A DNA stretch of 63,434 nt, filler included, from Polymyxa betae A26-41 (GCA_003693705.1; 5 parts of 5 records of this genome joined end to end with filler, not necessarily neighbours in it); one strand, 5' to 3'. Shown: positions 1-11,904, counted from the first letter of the whole stretch. Program-made: numbers and translations. The notes: generated from the letters alone by a model not told the origin.

Positions 1-169
1 AGTTGGGAGACGAGGGGACCCGCACAGTCCGTGACAGTTAGGGCTCTTCCACTATAGGAGTCGTCAGCAAGGGCGCGGCCATCTGCGCAGCCCCTCAGGG
101 AGGGCCAGTACGACTGCCTGGTAGTCGGCTGGGCGGCTGCGCGTACTGTCATGCTCAATGGGCATGACA
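1..169 (-). repeat. LTR-like repeat fragment, second copy at about 50035-50203, with terminal hairpin
   Basis: Near-identical to 50035-50203 by eye; both stop at the same base, ...GGCATGACA (TGTCATG start on minus strand). Confidence 0.7.
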
Positions 170-454
170 TCCAGACGACTGATCATGGGAGCCTGCCAAT
201 GTTATAAGCCACGATGTCCCGAGCCTTGTTGCGGATTTTCACAAATCTATCCCCACCTTCCCGGTCCGGCTTTCACCGAGCCTCCACGTTCTCGCGCGTC
301 TGGTATCTGCTCCAAGGATCAGGCGTGACGTCACACGGCTCTCATGCGTGAGTCGCGTGAGCCGCTGATCACAGCTGATGTCGAGGCCATGATGATCAGT
401 ATGGAATACAATTGAAAGTGCCCTAAATACTGAACATCACATTCCGTAGAATCA

Positions 455-468
455 GATTAAGAGTCCCA
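455..468 (+). promoter_or_regulatory. Primer-binding site complementary to the tRNA-Lys(CUU) anticodon arm
   Basis: GATTAAGAGTCCCA directly after the LTR is the reverse complement of TGGGACTCTTAATC, the anticodon arm of eukaryotic tRNA-Lys(CUU). Confidence 0.8.
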
Positions 469-486
469 CTTCTACCTAGCGAGCAA

Positions 487-1560
487 GTGCAATGGGAGAA
501 GACGGCCGATGCGACGACCAGTGCTCCAACTACAAGTAACCAAAGTCTGTCAATCGGCTTCAAGGTGGACGGACCCAGCATCTATACATCATGGAGGTTT
601 GCGATGACAACGCTGCTCACCGCATTCGGTCTTGGTGACTATGTGGACAAATCCAAAGCGGAGATTGCCACGGACCCGATTAAGAAGGCCAAGGCTATGC
701 TGGCGATCACCCGGAATGTTGAATTGAATCAGCTCACCCTGATCAAGGCATTCGCGAACGATCCAGCAGGTGCCTGGGACGCGTTATCAAAAGAATCTGC
801 TGGTTCCACAAATCAGGATATGGCGACGCTTCTGATTGAGCTCTTCGGAAAAAGGCTCTGTGAGAATGCGACCGTGAAGACGGCGAAGGAGCAATTCGAG
901 TCTATGACGGATTTGAACCTGCGTCTAAAGGAGATCGGAAAAGACCGTGCACTTCCGGACTTGGTGATAGCTGTTCTGATGTGCATGTCACTGCCCAACG
1001 ACATGGAGCAGATCCGATACAAACGCCTGTCAGGTCCTTCTGTGGACCTAACTCCGAGTAATATCCGTGACGACGTGATCTCCCTACTGAGGCGGATTGC
1101 GGTTACGGACCAGGCTTCGGCCGGGAACGACGGGTACGCGATGTTCGGTGGACGCGGTCGAGGGCGTCGAGGACGCGGAGGAAACGGGAATAGTGGCGGA
1201 TTTCAAGGCAACTGCTTCAAATGCGGTAAGTTCCGACATCGATTGTCTGACTGCAAGAGCAGTGGGGACGGCAATAGTAATGGTCAGGCGCACATTGCGA
1301 TGCTGACAGTGGCATTGTCGAGCGGCAAGTCTCCTCGGATGGGCATGCGCGACTGAGTCATGGATGGTGCGATGACTTGCGGACACATTCCCAGTTGCAG
1401 AGAGCATTTTAAGAATTTGAAAATGTTCGAGGAGAACGAACGACCGACTGTCGGTGGAGTTGGCAGGGACCGTATTCAGGTCCATGGTCGCGGAGATGTT
1501 GTTTTGCGTGCTGTTACCGGGACTTTCATCACGGTCGATGCTGGATATGCCCCTGATTCT
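487..1560 (+). pseudogene. gag: Copia gag and protease, with a stop codon and truncated by an insertion
   Basis: CCHC knuckle CFKCGKFRHRLSDC after an RGG tract; protease-like D*VMDGAMTCGH with TGA at the conserved Trp. Confidence 0.88.
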
Positions 1561-1569
1561 CCTGCGATC

Positions 1570-3140
1570 TCAACCGAACGAATCGATTTCTGCTCAGAGT
1601 TTCAAGGTCTGGATCTGTGCCCAACTTCATAAACAAGTGGGTCTTCTCCGTCCTATCGATGTTTCAGAATCCACTGCTCGTCGATGGTTGATTCGTCTTG
1701 GAAAGAAATTATCTGGATACCGCCCTGGCACTTATGTAGATGGGCATGAGCCAGAAGATGTCGTTTTATATTGAAACGACTCTCTAAAACGATTGGCTGA
1801 CTATGAAAGAAGAATGGCGAAGTTCTCCGGACAGGATATGGAATTAGAAGAAAGTCCGGAGCATTCTGGAGCGAAAAGAATCGTGCTTGTCACTCACTAT
1901 GAATCTGTGTTTTCCTCTCATGACGGTCGAAGAACAATGTGGATGGATGAGGATCACAAACCTCTGCGACCTAAAGGTGAGGGGCGTAGCTTAATGGTGT
2001 CAGAATTCATATGTGAATGCCACGGACCCTTGAAACTCCCAGCCTCCCTTGTTCCGACCAGTCATTCGAACACCCCGACAGAATCATTGGCGACCTTGAA
2101 ACCAGGAAAGAATGCGGATGGTTATTGGAAGAATTCTGACTTGGTTGAGCAACTTCGTGATAAGGCCATTCCAATCTTCTATATCTTGCATCCCGATGCA
2201 ATCGCATTATTCGTGTTTGACAATTCACAGAATCACCATTCCATACCGCCCGATGCGTTACGTGTTTCCACTTTAAATCTTGGTGATGGCGGCAAAAATG
2301 CTAAATCAACGAGACGGATGGTTCCTTCAAAATGGTTCGAAAGTCCGACAGTCAATGGTCAGCGCAAACGGAGTTCCCAAAGGCGTTAGAACGATCCTGA
2401 AAGAGCGTGGTCTTTGGGACCATACCTTGGGCTTGAAAGGTGCCCGGGAGCTATTGAAAGAACAGCCAGATTTTATGGAACAGGAGTGGTTGGAGGAAGT
2501 TGTGACCCAGCAGGGCCATTTAATCGACTTTTACCCCAAGTTTCATCCTGAATTTAACTTTATCGAAATGTCCTGAGGATACGCTAAAGCGTACTGCCGG
2601 CGTCACTGTGACTATTCTTTCAATGGATTGCAGTGGACTCTACCGGAAGCGCGGAAAGTGTCATTATCTTGCATTAGAAAGTTTGCTAGAAAATGCTTCA
2701 GATACATGGATGCGTATCGAATCAGCACATCGGACGGTACGAGCCTCAATTCGAAGCAAACTAAGTATGCCGTGAAGAAGTACAAGAGTCACCGCTCGAT
2801 TCCTGTTCGCATGTTTAAAGAACTTTACGGAATTTTAGAAAAAATATAATAGAAATTATACAAACTGCGTGCGCACTTTTTAAATTGATTTGACAAAGCT
2901 GTGGTGTTAAGGTGGCGGCAACGGTATTCACATTCTCCTGATTATTCGCTCTTAGACGGCAAAGCGATTGCCTGCAGCCATGGCCCAAGAGCGGCGCCCG
3001 TCTAATCCCCATTGAAATCGCCGAATCGTGGCGCGGATGTCGCCTCCGTCCGGACAAGGCCCAAAATGACCCCATATTGAACCCATGTTTGCATAGAGGG
3101 TCCACGGACCCTCTTTTAATAAATTGCGTACCCCGGTTTA
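1570..3140 (+). mobile_element. IS630-Tc1-mariner superfamily transposase pseudogene with long D-to-E spacer, 5'-truncated
   Basis: Motifs YVDGHE, LVTH(Y)[44 protein letters not shown] across ORFs 1454-2849; frameshifts and stops. Confidence 0.8.
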
Positions 3141-3180
3141 ATGGTCTCTCTTAGCGGACAAAATTTTTGCAAAACGCAAT

Positions 3181-4160
3181 AGTATTATTAGATTCCAGGC
3201 CCCAAGGTCTCGTCCAGGCCGGCCAGGGTAGTTCCGGGCTTCCGGAGGCCGGACCGTGACTCACGCAGCCCAGTGGCGATTTGGCCCTTTCGGGTCTCCC
3301 CACTGTCACTTTAGGGTTCTCCAAGGATACCTTCCGATGGATTAATATCACTGATCAATCATTAGCATCGATTGACTCAGCTGTTCTCTTTGTCTTCAAT
3401 GTGAGATAGCCTCACTACACACTACCTCCCCCAAGGACAGTTCACCTTGCGACTAATTTTCATAGCTAAACCGCTCTGTGAGCCGGATCACAAATTCGAA
3501 CTTGAATTCATTTCCGCATGCTAGCCTTAGTCCTCGAAATAATCTTTGTAAGTTCAGTCACATACTGATGTGATTTGTTTCGAGCATGCAACAACTTAAC
3601 CAACGCTGGTGCATCTGCATTAATTGAGGTTCGTTGCTGGATCCCAGGAGTTTTCAGCCTCTAAAAATCCTTTCCATTGGATTAACAGCTGGAGTTCGCC
3701 AGTCTCTTCATCCATACGCATGTCGATCACTTTGTCTATGTCAAAGGATGCGTTATCAGAAAAAAACTGCGTTTTGATATCCTCGGTAACATTCAACATA
3801 TTATCTGCATAGAACTGCAGCCGATCTCCGTGCACTTACTGTCTCGCACTGGTTACAAAGTTTTCGAATTGAAAAACATATCCATTTAGCAGATCAACCA
3901 CACGATATGGCCCACGCCAGTTCAACGACAACTTCTGCCCATGTCTCTTCTCTGGAACCCCGACTAATACATAGTCACCGAATCCAAAGTTAGGCTTCTG
4001 CAGCTTGATGCTGGGCTTTTGGTGTGCTAGGCGCTCACAATCGGTATCGTCATCAATGATCTTATGCATGTGATCCATACTGATTTGCAAATCTTCAACA
4101 TATTTCCGAATGCGCTCATCTGGGATTTGCTTTCTGTCCACAAGTACATTTGACGGATCA
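3181..4160 (-). mobile_element. Gypsy (chromovirus-like) 3' end: integrase C-terminus, chromodomain, PPT and truncated 3' LTR
   Basis: GDYVLV...WRGPYRV and LLIQWKGFLEAENSWDP; PPT GGGGGAGGTAG; LTR 3181-3419 matches 13209-13465 in reverse. Confidence 0.9.
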
Positions 4161-4609
4161 TGGGAAACTATTTGGCAGTCCGAGAAAAAGCTGAAATTTT
4201 CAAGAACTAGCTTGCAAATTAGAAACTGCTGCAGCTGGCTCGATGGTAATTTTTGTTCAAGATGAAAAATCTATAGCAAAGGTGCAGCTCCTATCTGAAG
4301 ATAGCAATCCGAAGAAAAACATCGCGAGTCGATCCATAATCATTCGAGTAATTTGGTAACGCAACGGTGTGTAAAATTTGCCAATTATTGACTAAGGAGA
4401 CTCCTCCCTTTCTCTCAACTGATGGTTACAACGAAGAAATCGCTTTAAAGGGTCTTCGGGTCTTTGCTAAAATTGAAAATCTTGAATTTAGCGCCCCAGC
4501 CATGTAAATAGGACTATTTTCTAATAACAATTACTAAACTCTTTCGTCTTTAACTGTAACCTAACGAGCCAAGAATACCGAAAAGCTGTCTGAATCAAAT
4601 CGAGATACT

Positions 4610-4727
4610 TACTGGCCCAGACGTCTCTGGCGTGATCATCCATAAATCTTGGGTTTTTAGGGTTTTGGTAACAAAACCGAAAACCGTGTTTTGATTTTCC
4701 TAAAACCAGGGGCTTCTTCCAGCCCTG
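4610..4727. mobile_element. hAT-type terminal fragment
   Basis: Ends TTCCAGCCCTG (CAGGGCTGGAA TIR) with AAAACC subterminal repeats, like the element at 38559-38993. Confidence 0.5.
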
Positions 4728-5062
4728 TTCAAACCCCGTCACGACTCATCCTCCTATCTAGTCACTTCGAAAGTTCAGCACTTATGCTCTTCTCTAGAAT
4801 GTAGGATCTACCGCTGCGGTACCCAAGTTCGTCGGGGACTTGCTCTCGAATAACATTATTCGATATGGGCTTTCGAGTTCCTGTTGGCTGCAGAGACCAT
4901 TAAAGTATTGGATATCATTAATAATGCCGAGACCGCGCCTCCTGCAGCGCAACCTGCTGCATTCAAAGATCACAATCTTCGACTTGCTGTCGTTAAAAGT
5001 TAAATTGTCCGTTGCATTGATGCTGAAATGAAAATGAAGATAATAGACTTGGCCACTGCTAT

Positions 5063-5183
5063 TGTTAGGTAATACGCTAGGAGTCACAAGGAGTTGAACC
5101 CACGACCTCCTGATTAACGTTCAGGTGCTATACCTCTGAGATATAACTCCGAAGTCCAACGAGCATGTGGATTGAATTCAACA
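5063..5183 (-). mobile_element. Lone short LTR containing a tRNA-like cassette
   Basis: TGTT...AACA termini; homologous to 25176-25269 plus 25447-25490; no matching TSD seen. Confidence 0.75.
5079..5150 (-). tRNA. tRNA-like pseudogene inside an LTR, GTT at the anticodon position, non-canonical loop
   Basis: Acceptor stem GGAGTTA/TGACTCC, anticodon stem CCTGA/TCAGG with loop ACGTTAA, B box GGTTCAACTCC; D and T stems degenerate; C rather than U at position 33. Confidence 0.7.
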
Positions 5184-5439
5184 CTTAAAAGATGTGGACT
5201 ACCCTTAAATATTAGGGTAATGGAAGCTTTGCAAATGACAGAACGCAGCCGTTCCGAATTGCATGGATTGCGTTTTCATGATTATCGAAACCTGGCTGCT
5301 TATCTCGATGTTGTTTTACAAAAGAAACGTGAATTGGTTAATGTGAGCGCAACTGTTTGTGATGACGAGGTGCTCATATGTCATCCTGAAAACTCTCACA
5401 AAATCCTTTCGCTACGCTGCCTCTTATATACGAAGCCCA

Positions 5440-7033
5440 AACCTGTCTCTGGAACAGGGGGCAGCGAAGGAGTATTTTGCTGAGACCCAGGAAAATTGTC
5501 GCAAGGATATCGAAATGGCTTCCGGAGTGCTTCAGCAGCGGTTTGCAATCGTAAAGAATCCTGCTCGATCTTGGAGCAAGGAAAGATTGGTAAAGATCAT
5601 GAACACTTGTATTATCTTACACAATATGTTAGTTGAAGACAAGCGAGTTGACCCAAACCCACTGGAAAACATGGATGTTCTTACCTTGGGAAGAGAGACA
5701 GCGCGATTCTAAGCGTACTGGAAAACCACGAAAACGACGCCGACGACTTCCACAAGCGCCCGACGACAAGATTGAGATATCTCATACTGGTGTTGGTGAT
5801 ATGCCTGACTGATCTCTAGCGGCGATCTTAGACCGAATGGGGAGTGTTCGAGACAGACAGCGACACTACCAGGTACAGGCCGATCTGGTCTGTAATCTGT
5901 GGAATACGACAGCATCGAAAGCATGAAGGCAGCGTTGGCTAGGTATATTTCACTACACCAAAGAGTGAGAAATCAGGCAAGCAACAGTCAGACAAAACAC
6001 TATCGTAAGGAAACTGATATTCCGCTGGTAGCAAACCGTCCTCCTTCGCCTTCTTAATCTGCTTCTCCATCTCAATTCGGCGTGTAATGTTGCACCAGCT
6101 TTTCGACAACGCGTCGTCTCTGGCATTACACATCTCAATACGGTTTTCTTCGGCTTGAAGTTCAATCAACTGTTTGCTGATGCGATTTTGTTCCTCCAGC
6201 AACTCATTCCGTTTGAGAGTCGCCTCTTTAATCGCCGCCCGATACTGCAGTTTGGAATCCTAAGTGCAGGCTTCTTCCTTAGCTTTGTTCACACCGATGG
6301 GGTGCTCTAAACTCGAGGAATTTGAGGTATCTTTGCCTTCACGCTCAATTAATTCCTCAATGCTACCGTAGGTGTCTCTGGGAGGCATCGCTTCGTCCGA
6401 GTTGTTAGTGATGGTGTGGCAGCGGCGAGGACGGTGTCTTCAAATTTCGGGACTTGGGATCTAAGATATTCCAAAACAATTCGGTAAAGGAATTTTGAAT
6501 TTTCTGCTCGTTCGAATAATTGAAGGGCCTTTTCGATGTAATCTTCCTCCTTCGAACCGGATTGCTCAACTGCTTTCGCGGTGCTGTAGTAGCAACAGAA
6601 AGCATTGAGAGCAGGTTGTAGATCCTTCTTCCAGCGGTTTTGCAGATCGCACCCAGATCTCACGAATTTCTGAAACTGCTGGAATACCTTTTCCCAGAGT
6701 TGTTTGGCAAACTGATCTGTTCCTGTCAGAGGATCATGACTGATGGCGACAATCGATCCGGTGAGGAACATGTCCCCTTCCGAAGTCCATGATTTTCCCT
6801 TTCCCATGCTATTGCAAAATTCGGCGAATAAAAAAAGGAAAATTATCAGATTTGTTCTGAAAATCGAAGAACTTTCTGCCTAGATTTCTAATAGCTTTGA
6901 GAGCTAGCGGGAGCAGAAAATCTCCGAATGTCGCAAAATCTAATTTCATATAGCTTTTGGCTCGGCGGTGGGGCTTGTTCTAAAGCTAAATTTTGCATTA
7001 GCTCGCTGTTTTAGCTCCGCGTTGGAGATGCTC
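5440..7033. mobile_element. PIF/Harbinger transposon, right half: transposase C-terminus (+), Myb/SANT ORF (-) and TIR
   Basis: QENCRKDIEMASGVLQQRFAIVKNPARSW...CIILHNML; convergent ORF 5939-6807; end GTTGGAGATGCTC followed by TTA. Confidence 0.88.
5939..6807 (-). pseudogene. Harbinger-associated Myb/SANT-like DNA-binding protein
   Basis: WTSEGD...DPLTGTDQ...LWEKV...LQNRWK...SGSKEEDY motifs typical of PIF ORF1; frameshifted. Confidence 0.8.
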
Positions 7034-7102
7034 TTACAATCATGCTTATGTACCGTTAACAGAAAATATTGCGAGGAGAGCATCACCGTTTAAAACTTTG
7101 TT

Positions 7103-7720
7103 TCACACAGGAGACTGTCCAAGAATGTTGATGTCATTCAAAGAACCTGGTGAACCAAAGTTACAATGACAGATCCAAAGATGACGATCGGCCCATGCTT
7201 CTAGAACGAACGCCGGTTTCTTTTCCTTTCCTTTATGCTGACCTGCCAATGACGCATGCAGGGCAATTTTTCCATTGCCAATGGATGCAGTCAATCGAGC
7301 CAAGCATACCGACAATTCTACGCTCTGCATTACTGCAAGAAGCCTATTAACTTCTCCTTCTTTTGGGGAACGAAGGTATTCAGCACCGCAAAAGCGCTGA
7401 GAGCTTTCTAAAATAATGGAATCTCCCAATTCCCACTTTTCATCGAGAGAATCTGCTGAAGAGCCATTCGGGGAAAATCTAATATCACCTGCGATTGCTC
7501 TACGATCAGCGGACTGATCTACTCCGCGCACTTTTCGCGAAGGTTGTAGTTTTCACTATTTTCTACTCATTTTTCATCTGCTCGTGGGCGGCTATGCATA
7601 ATTCCAAAATTTCATCGCTTTATCTCAACTTTTATTATGCATTAATGGTTATTTGCCGTTTTCTGTTAAACTGGGACAGCATGAGGTCTTTTTATTTTTC
7701 AGAAGCTCTGCTTTGAACCC
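7103..7720 (-). pseudogene. PIF/Harbinger transposase N-terminal half
   Basis: EYLRSP; GMLGSIDC-HW-WKNCP in the alternate frame; GKEKKPAFVLEAWAD; GSLNDINIL. Confidence 0.85.
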
Positions 7721-7789
7721 CCTGTCTATCTATAATGGACCTACCGATCATTGGTTCTAGTTTGAATCCTATTTGCGATTAGGGCGGCG

Positions 7790-10700
7790 CTTTCCAAATT
7801 GGGGAAGGACGCAGAACATCGTGAAACTGCGCGTTCATCAAAGATCGTCAATAAGGACGGGAAGGTGTTGGTGACAGGGTCTGTCCGCGGAGGTCTGCTG
7901 TATCTGGACCTACACGCGGAACAGAATTTTTGCTAAGGGGGAGCGCCTTGGTCTCCCCCGGCGAACTTCCAAACCAAGGCCATTTACCTTGCGCGATCTC
8001 TATGGAGCTTGCGCATCAGAGACTCTGTGACATAAGTATTCAAACGTTATATAGGATGAACAAGAATAAGTCCGTGGAAGGACTACGGATTGACGAGACG
8101 GACCATATGGCTTCTTGCAAATGCCGTATCTTTATTGAGGCGAAAATGAAGATGTCGGCGACGCCGAAACGAAGGACCCCAACATTGCGACCGGCTCAAA
8201 TTGTTCGGAGCTGATCTACAGTCGTTTTCGACAAGAAGTCACGACGGTATGCTCTACATGGGAATATGGGTTGATCATGTCTCTGGGTTCGCGGCGACAG
8301 TGAACATGGCTTCCGAGACAGAGAAGCACACTGTGGCGATTTTGCGGAGATTCGAACGGATGTCCAGACAGATCGTGATGGTGTTCCGCTCGGACCAGGG
8401 TGGCGAATATGTCGGAAATTCTTCTCGTGAGGTATTGTATATGGACGGAATCCATCAGGAATTTTCAGATACGCGGATGGCGTTTCACAATGGACTCCCT
8501 GAGGTGATTGGCGGCAAGATTGTCGCTATGGTTCGGGCATGTCTTGTCCGATCCTGCGCGCCGGAATCCTTTTGGTCTAATGCCGCCGCAAACGCGACGT
8601 GGGTACATAATCGTGCTCCACTTAATCGTCATCAAGGTCGTACCACTCCTTTTGAAGTGCTGACAGGTCAGCGACCGAACCTATTCCGAGCGAGGGTCTG
8701 GGGATGTGAAGCGTGGGTGATGATACGTCGCCAAAAGAAGGAGAAGCTGAAACCGAAGGCGGAACGGGCTGTTCACTTGGGGGTTTCGACATCGAAAAGG
8801 CATGGGTATTCCTGATATGGGAAACGCGCAAGATCGTGGAATCACGGAATGCCTTCTTATATGAATCTGTGTTTCCGTTCCAGGAAGTCGATGATGTCAA
8901 GACCGTGGACAAGAGGGCGGCCGTGATCGGGGACATGTTTGACGTGGACATTGAGGATGACGGCTTTCCTCTTGATGATGGATCAGCAGCTCTGGGCGGC
9001 GTTGGCTGTGATGTTGAAGCTGCAGCCCATCTCTCTAATCTTGATGATGGAAATGGAGACGTGGATGGCGGTGGTGCCATTGCAAATGAAGAGGAAGAGA
9101 ACGAAACGGGCGTCGAGCATCTACAACTTGGTCGAACCGGGCGGATTTGCAAACTACCGGTCCGATTTGCGGAAGTTGACTACGACGAGATTGCACGTGC
9201 TGCACGAAGACATGCAGGCGGATATAATGTGAATGGTGATGGATCCGGCGACAGAATTGAAGATGCGCAAGTCGATGAGTCGGTGGCGGACGCGCTGCAA
9301 GAACAAGATAATATCATCGACGTGGTGGACGCCGAAGCGGTCGAGCCTAGTTCGGCCGAGAAGGAGAATGAGGGTGCAGAGGACATCTTCTACGATGCTC
9401 AAGAAAATCATGAAGACGGACACTGGGCGTGTTAATGCTCGGTGGCCGGGGCGGACAACGGACTGTTCGCCCTACTGACGGAAGAAGTCCCCGATGTGCG
9501 TTCTGACCCGAAGTCAGAAGCGGAGGCTCGGGCTAGTGTGGACTGGAAGCACTGGCATAATGGCGAGATCGAGGAGATTAACTCTATCATGGAGAACGAC
9601 TGCGTGGAAGTGGTCGACAGACCTACTGACACCAATGTTTTACCAGCCAAATTTGTGTACACAGGGAAGCGTAACGAACATGGTGAATGCGTTCGGTGGA
9701 AGGCACGTTACGTCCCGCTCGGATGCTGCGATCCGTGGAAGGCGTGGAAAGAGACTTTCGCACCAACGCTGCGGTACGCGACACTTCGAGTTATCATTAA
9801 TCTGGCCGCGCAGTTTGGCGCGAGCATTCATCAGATGGACTTGAAAACAGCATTTCTGAACGGGGTCCTGGACGTTCCTGTGTACTGTGAACAGCCGCAT
9901 GGGTTCGAGAAAGGCGATCCAAGGAAGAAGGTGTGGCGGCTGAAGAAGGCCCTCTACGGTCTCGTTGAGGCGCCTCGAATCTGGTACGAGACACTACACG
10001 GAGTTTTGGCGGAGTTCGGCTTCGAACGGACAACCAGTGATCCGTGTTTGAACGTGCTGCGTCGCATGCGACACCTATTGCTGTTGGGAGTGTTCGTGGA
10101 TGATTTTCTTATCTTCGGAACTAGTGAGGATTTGGTGCTGAATGTGAAGAATATGCTCTCGCAGAAGTTCCAGACTAAAGACCTCGGGCCAGCACGCTGG
10201 GTGCTGGGAATGTGCCTAATGCAGACTGACTCAGTTTATGTTCTGGACCAGACACAATACCTTCGAGATGTTCTGGCGCGATTTCAGAAGCCCGTCAAAG
10301 AAGTCCGCGGAAGAGCGCGGGTCCCGACGGCACCTCTGCCAGTGAAGATGCGAAAGACCCGGGCGAAAAATGGAGATGAGGCAACAACCATGCCTTATCG
10401 TGAGCTGTTGGGTTGCATCGGACATCTCGCAATCGGGACAAGAATTGACATAGCGTTACCGGTGAGTTTGCTGTCACGATTTGTTTCGTTACCTACCCAG
10501 GAGCACTGGGATGCTGCGGTTCATGTTCTCCGGTATTTGGCGAATCATGACCGAGTATCGGTTTGGTGTTCAAGAAAAGGAAGACGCTCACGGAATTCAA
10601 TGAGACCATCATGAACTTCGACGATTGGAGCGAGCCGAGCGGCGCTGTTGATTCTGACTTCGCTAATGATCCGGACACGCTGAATTCTGTAGGAGGACAA

Positions 10701-11100
10701 CTGGTGACGATGTTCGGCACTGCGGTATCGTGGAGATCCAAGTTGATGAGCACAGTCGCAACATCAACATGCCACGCGGAATACATCGCCGCCTGCGAGG
10801 CTGCGCTAGAGGTCGCGTGGCTGAGGATGCTGCTGAAGGAGATTGGTTTTGTTACCAAGTTTCCGAGCATCGTGTTCGAGGATAACGCAGCAGCCAAGCT
10901 GAACTGCGGAGACCGTTGTTGTGACAGACGCCAACAAACACATTCAAGTGAAATGGCATTTTGTGCGTCAGTGCGTTCGTGAAGGAATGCTCAAGCTGGT
11001 GACTGTGATGAGTCAGGAAAATCCAGCTGACGCATCGTTGATGGTGATGATGAAGGCAGCCGGAATGTGCGATGTTGACAAGTTCAGAGTGCGTGACGAC
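7790..11100 (+). pseudogene. pol: Copia pol remainder: integrase, reverse transcriptase, RNase H
   Basis: LAHQRL, RSDQGGEY, TPFEVLTG; RT QMDLKTAFLNG, LKKALYGL, VFVDD; RH DSDFA, STCHAEY, EDN, KHI. Confidence 0.95.
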
Positions 11101-11280
11101 CCGCCAGATCAGGGCGGCTGTTCCAAGGATCAGGCGTGACGTCACACGGCTCTCATGCGTGTGTCGCGTGAGCCGCCTATCACAGCTGATGTCGAGGCCA
11201 TGATGATCAGTATTGAATACAATTGAAAGTGCCCTAAATACAGAACATCACATTCCGTAGATTCAGTATCCGCACGTTTC

Positions 11281-11688
11281 GGGGGGGGGGTAATGTCATG
11301 AAACGGCGCTACTCTCTACATTTTCTGCGCTTAGTTAGGAATCTGCGCACAAAGCCCCGTAATCTGAACAACCTATAACAGACTGGCCCAGAATGCACGA
11401 TCAACGATTCATGAGTTTTTGACTGTTATGCCAGCCGTCTCTGACTCTGTCCAAGTCGTCGTCGACCCTGTCCAAGTCGCCTGGTCCACTGTCGACTCCT
11501 CGTGTGGCCTACAGTTAGTCAGCGTCCTATTTAGTCGTCTGATCTCGTCCTATATAAACCATTCTTTAATCTGATTGCTTCTATTCACATCCTGTTCGCC
11601 TGCAAAGTTGTTAGTTCCCTTCGTCCCCTTCTTCTAGCTTCAGTCACTCCCATTGCAAGTCTACAGCGCAAGCATCAACGTTACGACA
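11281..11688 (+). mobile_element. PPT (G10) and 3' LTR of an older LTR element that the Copia inserted into
   Basis: G10 tract, then TGTCATGA at 11294 to TTACGACA at 11688; internal TATATAAA. Confidence 0.65.
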
Positions 11689-11904
11689 CGAGAAACGCCT
11701 AATCACCTCGAGTTTGGAAGAGATCTTCGTGGACCTCTGCGGTAAAGTGTTAGGATACCACGCGAGGCGTCGAGAGACCAGAAAATGTACCTCTAAGAGC
11801 TTCAAACCGGCTCCGGGCGGCATGGGCAACAACAGAGGAGATCGCGGCCAGCGAATATCAGCGGCGGGCCGACAAAAGCCAATACAGGCAGACATGACAT
11901 GGTT

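Larger units (their letters stand above)
308..11265 (+). mobile_element. Ty1/Copia LTR retrotransposon, complete boundaries, degenerate, with about 6.2 kb of nested insertions
   Basis: 147-bp LTRs 308-454 and 11119-11265 (TG...CA, 7 differences); 5-bp TSD GTATC at 303-307 and 11266-11270; PBS 455-468; purine-rich tract 11111-11118; gag-PR-IN-RT-RH order. Confidence 0.97.

Noticed and set aside
1357-1359. Programmed gag-pol readthrough at the TGA ending ORF 487-1356
   Set aside because: The stop falls on the conserved protease Trp (TGG to TGA) in an element with many other lesions; simple decay is more likely.
5079-5150. Functional tRNA-Asn gene
   Set aside because: D and T stems are mismatched, position 33 is C, and it lies inside a repeated LTR.
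8713-9435. Separate acidic 240-aa gene
   Set aside because: It is the frameshifted integrase-to-RT linker of the Copia pol.
308-11265. RIP-like C-to-T hypermutation
   Set aside because: The seven LTR-pair differences are mostly transversions, and CpA and CpG sites remain abundant.
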